Source: Novakomyces olei
Lineage: Eukaryota
Assembly: GCA_016906335.1 (NCBI GenBank)
Contig: JADEYG010000007.1
Span: 372,001-436,000 of the forward strand
Length of the DNA: 64,000 nucleotides
Direction of reading: 5' to 3'
The notes under the pieces are model-generated. The model saw nothing but the letters and a program-made list of their open reading frames with translations. It was not told where the DNA came from and did not search any database. Made by a program: the position numbers and the translations under genes. This document shows, in pieces, positions 58,328 through 64,000 of this stretch (its first letter is position 1; each line of letters begins with the position of its first letter).

Positions 58328-59901
58328 TTATTTCTTTCCTAACTTGAACCATTTGGGTATCTTGTTCGTACCTGTAGCATTCTTCGCAGAGCTCGGAGGA
58401 GCAGCTGGTGGAGGGTACCGAGCTTCTGCGGTCTTGCCCTTTTCATCTGCCGTCTCACTGCCCCTTTGTGATTTGGCCAACTCTTTCAGGATTTCGTCTT
58501 TTAAGACTGGAGACTTTTGCAAGTGGGCTGACACAGGATCCGTGGTCCATGAGAAATTTACTACCATTCGTTGCACAAAGTTCTCGTGCTGTATTAACAA
58601 AGAATCCATGTGCGTCAAGTCCCGTGGCGGTGGTCCCACCCCTAAAATGTCAGTACCGAGATTGCAATTATCGATATCACTTACAAAGCTTAAACGGCAC
58701 GTCCGCATGGCGCAGCAAGCTCCGTACAAAATCGTACAGGTGACCGACTAGTATGTTAGCAACCATCTCCACCAACAGCCTCATACCAGAATCAGCCCGT
58801 CCAAACTCGGCAACTGCTTGTGAACCATCGGTGAAACGGAACTTGACGTGGGACTTTTCAACAGCAGCGGGTTTTCGAGTCAGAGCTTCACGCTGCTGTC
58901 GCGTCATGAATTGGCCCATCGATGGGCCTCGTGCACGCTGTGCCAGGATGGACTGGTAGTACTGAGCCTGGGCTACCGTCATTTCTCCACTCTCCACCTC
59001 TGCTCTGTCAGCCTGTATAACGAAAAGCAGGCAAAGTTACCAGTCTGCGACCCGGTCTCTAAAGGCCGCAAGTTCCGCAGTCCGCTACCCGGCTTTTGTG
59101 TAAGCGTGTCCTCGACCACGCTTTCGCTGCTCGAGGGTCCGTGGTCAGCAGTGCCTGGCAGCACTGAGTCCTTGGACGCAACAGTGCTCCCTTGAGCCTC
59201 ATTGCTGCTGGCTTTAGCGGGGGGAAGGTTTTGCAGGCGCATGGACACGTTTCCGCTCCACACACCGAGGCTGCCAAAAGTTACAGCGTCCAACTCGGCG
59301 GAAGTGCGAAGCTGTTCAGTGCCAATTAGCACAATGTGTACCTATAATGCACCATTCAATCGAAATTTACCTCCTTGTTCAAAATAACGAGCGCAACTTT
59401 TCCCTCGCTGAGCGCATCGAGCACGTGTGTTCCAGACTCTGTTTCGTACTGCGCCAGAGCACTCTTTATCGAGTCGGTGGGCCACGCGTTAACGACGTAA
59501 CGCTTTCCGCCCGCACCTACTGCCACCTTGAGCCGGGACACTGCCAGGTTAATAAATAAAAATAAAAATAAAATAAAATAAAATAAAATAAAATAAAATA
59601 AAATAAAATAAAATAAAATAAAATAAAAATTAAATAAAAATAAAATAAAAAACGTAGAGTAAAAACGAAAAGTACCTTCATTCTTGGCCTCTACTAGCTC
59701 CAGCCCGATCCCCTGCAGCTGCAGCAGAGCCAGCGGAGTGCCACCATCGACCTGTTTGCCGAGATACGTCAGAGCATGAGTGCGCCAATCGACGTTTGCC
59801 TTTCCACAGGCTGCTCGAAGCACGTCCTGAACCAGCGCCTCAGACGGGACAGGAATTGTGTACTTTTGTATCCGTTTATACACTACTCGTACCGTTGCCA
59901 T
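58328..59901 (-). CDS. UBX4: UBX-domain Cdc48 adaptor Ubx4/TUG
   Basis: N-terminal TUG-UBL1 domain, FMTRQQRE, VKFRFTDG, LYDFVR, C-terminal KIPKWFKLGKK. Confidence 0.8.
59550..59650. repeat. (AAAAT)n intronic microsatellite in UBX4
   Basis: Directly visible. Confidence 0.95.
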
Positions 59902-60229
59902 AACACGCACAATGTGGTCAGTTTGCGTATGACAGCATTACACTCTATACAGGTCGTTGCGCCGCGTAATAGGCCATAATTTATAATATTAGAGCTGCTG
60001 ACTGCTATTAAATTGGTATTAAAACTGTAAAACTGCTATTATAACGGCTAAAACTGATATTATAATGCTAAACCTGTAACCTGCTATTATAAGTATTAGC
60101 AGTATGTAACATGATTTTCTTTTGTAACCCGATTTTCTGTAGCAACATGATTTTCTTTTATTTTGTAATAGACGACACTTTAGACTACAAACCTGCCTTT
60201 GCTACGGCGCATCTCGCACAGCACCAGGC

Positions 60230-61593
60230 ATGTCTTTACGGTGCGCAAGACGCGCATTTGCGTGTCCCGCTGGGCGCGACTCGGCTGCGCATCAAGTGCG
60301 AACTTTCCTCGACTTATTCCGGTGGAGCAAACGGCCGTCGAGGCGGGACACGGTACAACCTCCGCGAGATTTTGTGGAAGAGGAGGAGCCGACTGGCGAC
60401 AGCGAGTCGCTCTTCCACCCACTGAGCAAATCGCCGGACAAAGCGATGCGCTCCAAGGGAGAGCTTATTCGCCGTATTGGCCAATGCCCAATCTCTGGCA
60501 GCAGTATCAACTACGAGTGTCCCATATCAGGATTCCCTACGCACTACAGCAAACACGAGTGGGACGTTGACGTGGAACACCAACGCGAATTCGCGTGGCG
60601 ATTACGGCAGTCGAACGAAGACGAGCACGATTTACGCAGTGGCCGAGCGCTGCCTGAACTGACAATGATGCCGATGTTTCAAGATACAGAATTTGCTCTA
60701 AATTTTGCGTCATGGGACACGTTCTTCTACACCCGTGGATTTCAGTCAATTGATTCTCCACGTTCTGTAAGGCACTTGTCCAAACTGCTGTCGTACCCTA
60801 TTACCATCGCCTCTGTACTGCATCCATTGTCACCGTACCAATTGGGTACTCGGCTAACTCACGAGGGACTCGTGTCCATGACAGGTATGTGCTTTTGCTT
60901 TTGCTTTTGCTCTCTAACTCTTTTTAACATCAAGCTCTCCGCTACTCGCTCGATATCTCTCGACAAATCGAGACGGTGGAAGAAAGCGAGATGCTGTCCA
61001 AGCCGATACGTATTATCCTACTGGGCGCACGTGCGGAAAGTATGATCCCACGTGCAATTTGGCTTCAAGGTGGGCCCTATATATTCCCAAACTCGAGGTT
61101 TGAAGTTCATTTTATTGGCCCAGAGGCGATTCGGCCGTCAACGTCAACCGTTCCCTTGACTGAACCTCTTCGTGAATCTTCCGATCGCCGTATGACGTTT
61201 ACGACTTACAACGACTATTACCACAAAATTCATGATGCTGGAGACCTGTCACCTTTTGATCCTTATCAGGATATCTTTTACATCCCCTGCCCGGGTTTTG
61301 GCCATCCTGCTTCCCGCAAGGAATGGACGCCTACACTCCAACGACTGCTAGAGACGAAATGCCCTATTGTTGTAACAGGGTTTTCTCCCGAGGACTTGAA
61401 GACTGATTTTGCGGCCATGAGCGATATTTGCAAGGACGAGTACGATATTCTTATCGAGCCTGGTGAAAACAATTTCGGCAGTCGCAGGTGGGATTACTCA
61501 GAGTACTGCCCGTCGCGTACGACGATGCAATCCAATTGGGGCCTTTTTGCATTCCGTGGTAAAAGGTACGAAGTCAATGTTACGGACGCTTAG
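60230..61593 (+). CDS. MSS51: Mitochondrial COX1 translation/assembly factor
   Basis: LFHPLSKSP, ECPISGFPTH, LRQSNEDEHDLRSGR, WDTFFYTRGF, LSYPITIASVLH, LGARAES, LLETK, NWGLFAFRGKRY. Confidence 0.93.
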
Positions 61594-61661
61594 GTAGATT
61601 TTTTGCTTCCGATTTGGGCGCAATGATTATATCGTCACTGCAAAATAAACAAGTCAATAAG

Positions 61662-61662
<1 letters not shown>

Positions 61663-61756
<94 letters not shown>

Positions 61757-61759
61757 ATA
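61663..61759. repeat. (AAAT)n microsatellite
   Basis: Directly visible. Confidence 0.97.
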
Positions 61760-61954
61760 GCCTAGATTTACTAAATAAAATACTCGTGAATAATTTGACT
61801 TGCTATAATAATATACAAAAGCACATTCAAATATAGAATTTGTTTACTAATTTTTGTCTCAAGAAATAGCCGAGCGAGCACACTGGCTTTAGTGGCTAAA
61901 GTCTTTTTTATTGATACAAGCTTGCCGGGCAAATATGCTTTCCTCCTTCACAAG

Positions 61955-63707
61955 CTAATGACCATTCACTGCCCCAAAGGCCTGCCCCACTTGAACACGG
62001 TCGCCTGCCCTAACAAAAAATCGAAAATCTTCCGGTGCCTCAAACACCAGGACAATCGTAGAACCGAGGTTAAACCCTCCAATTTCTTCGCCCTTTGCAA
62101 CTGGATGCCCGCGTAGAATGAATGAAGAGTCAGAATAAGTCGCCTCAGAGAATCCGCGAGAGTTTAATTTTTCCTTTTTGTTTATAGTATTTGTGCGCAA
62201 GAATTTATCGAATTTGATCCGAATGGACCCTACATTAGTAGCACCAACGGGTGTCATACTCATAAACCCCCAGCGATATTTCCCGAGCAAAGCAACACGC
62301 TCATTAAGCACAAAAAGATTGCTTATCTTTCTAGCTACATAGGGGGACACGCTGTACAAATCACCCGGAAAGTGACGTCGGGTCTCGACTACCCAACTAG
62401 CAGGCGAATGAAATCGATGATAGTCACCTGGTGCGAGGTAAATAACGGCGAAGAAAAGTTTACGCGGACCATCTTGACCTAGGATTCCAGCCCCGGCTTC
62501 TTGAACGACTTTTAATATTGACGAAGTGCTACTCTTTGCATCGTAAACGGAAGCATCTGTACCGGCCCGGCTTCCAGAGCCGATGAGATCGCCGAGAGAG
62601 TAAGCGATACCATTGACCTCCGCAAATTCTTTATCGGTTACGTGCTGCATATCGTCACGTTCAAATTTTACGGTCTCCGCATCGGTTCCAGAATCAGACG
62701 AACTTGACCCGAGCAAAGCATCCAACGAGTACGTCAGCCCTTTGACTTGTTCAATGCGATCCTCGTCCACTATTCCCAAGTGTAATACCCGCCCATCTGC
62801 TGGGGACACCTAACGAGTGTTAGATGATTTATTTGATAAAACACTGAAAATAAAATAAAATCAATAAAATGAAGGCAAGAGACTCCATACTATTGGTGCA
62901 TCTGCTATTGGCCGTTTTGACATATCAATTTCGCGATAAAAGAATTCAGCCAAGTTTCGGTATTTTTGTAGATCCTTTTCTTTGAGCTCATCAAAGTTGC
63001 AACCAAACAGCCATCCGTATAATCGATAACCAGGGCCCCTCATCCAAATCGGGAGATCAATCTCATTAAATTTGCCCCAAAGCCGTGAAATACTGTTCAG
63101 AGGTAGAGTACTCAGAACGCGTACCTAGCACAATTAGAATTGCAATGGTCAAGAACAATTGCTGATACACAGCGATCAAAAGTTTACAAATACAAAAATT
63201 AAACAGAAATGTATATAAAAAAGAACAAAATAAAAGAATGAACGTTAAAAAAAAACAGACAACAAAGAGCAGAAATAAAAATATAGGACTAAACAACGCA
63301 AATGCCATGCAAACAATGTGCCAAAAAATTCATACCTGCCATGGTCCAGTAGGTCTGACTTTCTCTTCATCCTGTGTCTGATTGTCTCCGCGAAACCGCT
63401 TGTATGCATGCAACGCAATGACTACGGCAATTCCCACGCCCACAGGCAAATTGTACCATTCAACCTTGGTCTTACTCAAAGCCGCCCGCAGCCTATGCCG
63501 AAAAGAAACAGAAGGATCTTTCCCCGAACCCTTTTTATTGTATTTAAATTGAGAATTCTCCGTCTGTTGCTGGCGCTGCAGAAAAGGCCGTCCGGTGGAG
63601 AATCGCACACGCAAACGTCCATCCCGTCGTGCGCCAGAGAATCGTGGCAGCGGCACGAATTGCAGCCCAGCTCGGCCTGTACGTAGCCCTCGCTGCCACG
63701 CTTTCAT
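61955..63707 (-). CDS. PSD1: Mitochondrial phosphatidylserine decarboxylase proenzyme
   Basis: Three exons. SPADGRVL, IEQVKGLTYSL, IYLAPGDYHRFHSP, PVGATNVGSI, and the autocleavage motif FNLGSTIVL. Confidence 0.95.
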
Positions 63708-64000
63708 TCTTTTCTTGTGATATTTACGTTTCACTAAACCCTCTGTGAGGTAACCGCGTGCTCTAAAGCTCTATAAACGCGTTGCCGATAGGATCCAAGC
63801 AGCTACAATCACATGAAGAATAATGAATATTGCCAGTATAGAATATTATCAAGAATATTATCAAGAATATTATATAAATAATGTATTTAAATAATGTATT
63901 TAAATAGTAAATAGTAAACATCGAATGCTGAATTAACTGGATTAATACTGAATTAATACTGAATTAAATTAATATTAATTGTAGCAAAACAATAATATTT

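Overview
Gene-dense, intron-containing fungal nuclear DNA from a yeast-like ascomycete. Many introns are only 36-50 nt, and AT microsatellites are frequent. An S. pombe Tnr3-type fusion and an Spd1/Dif1-like gene suggest Taphrinomycotina or an early-diverging yeast lineage, but the species cannot be assigned from this window. About 31 protein-coding loci are supported, mostly housekeeping: VPS52, GTT3-like, MME1, Cdc10/Swi6, GLTP/HET-C2, SPO71, IMP2, ACL4, CAB2, TSR3, peroxisomal catalase, SOD5-like, TRM11, Nudix-TPK, V-ATPase subunit f, ECM25-like RhoGAP, NIPA, RMR1-like, RET2, SSH4, a SUZ protein, SET2, KAP104, Spd1/Dif1, LHS1, an EF-hand protein, zf-GRF, a ZIP transporter, UBX4, MSS51 and PSD1. 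The main finding is that the tRNA m2G10 methyltransferase TRM11 has no stop after its normal C-terminus and splices in frame (intron 27063-27220) into a Nudix hydrolase + thiamine pyrophosphokinase gene, predicting a single Trm11-Nudix-TPK triple-enzyme fusion. Other findings are a GPI-anchored SOD5-like protein lacking all four copper ligands, an 8-nt micro-exon carrying the core motif of the RNR inhibitor, and recurrent telobox/Tbf1-like elements, including an orphan cluster. No transposons, rRNA, tRNA or CRISPR arrays were recognised. Gene names come from motif recognition by eye, not from database searches.
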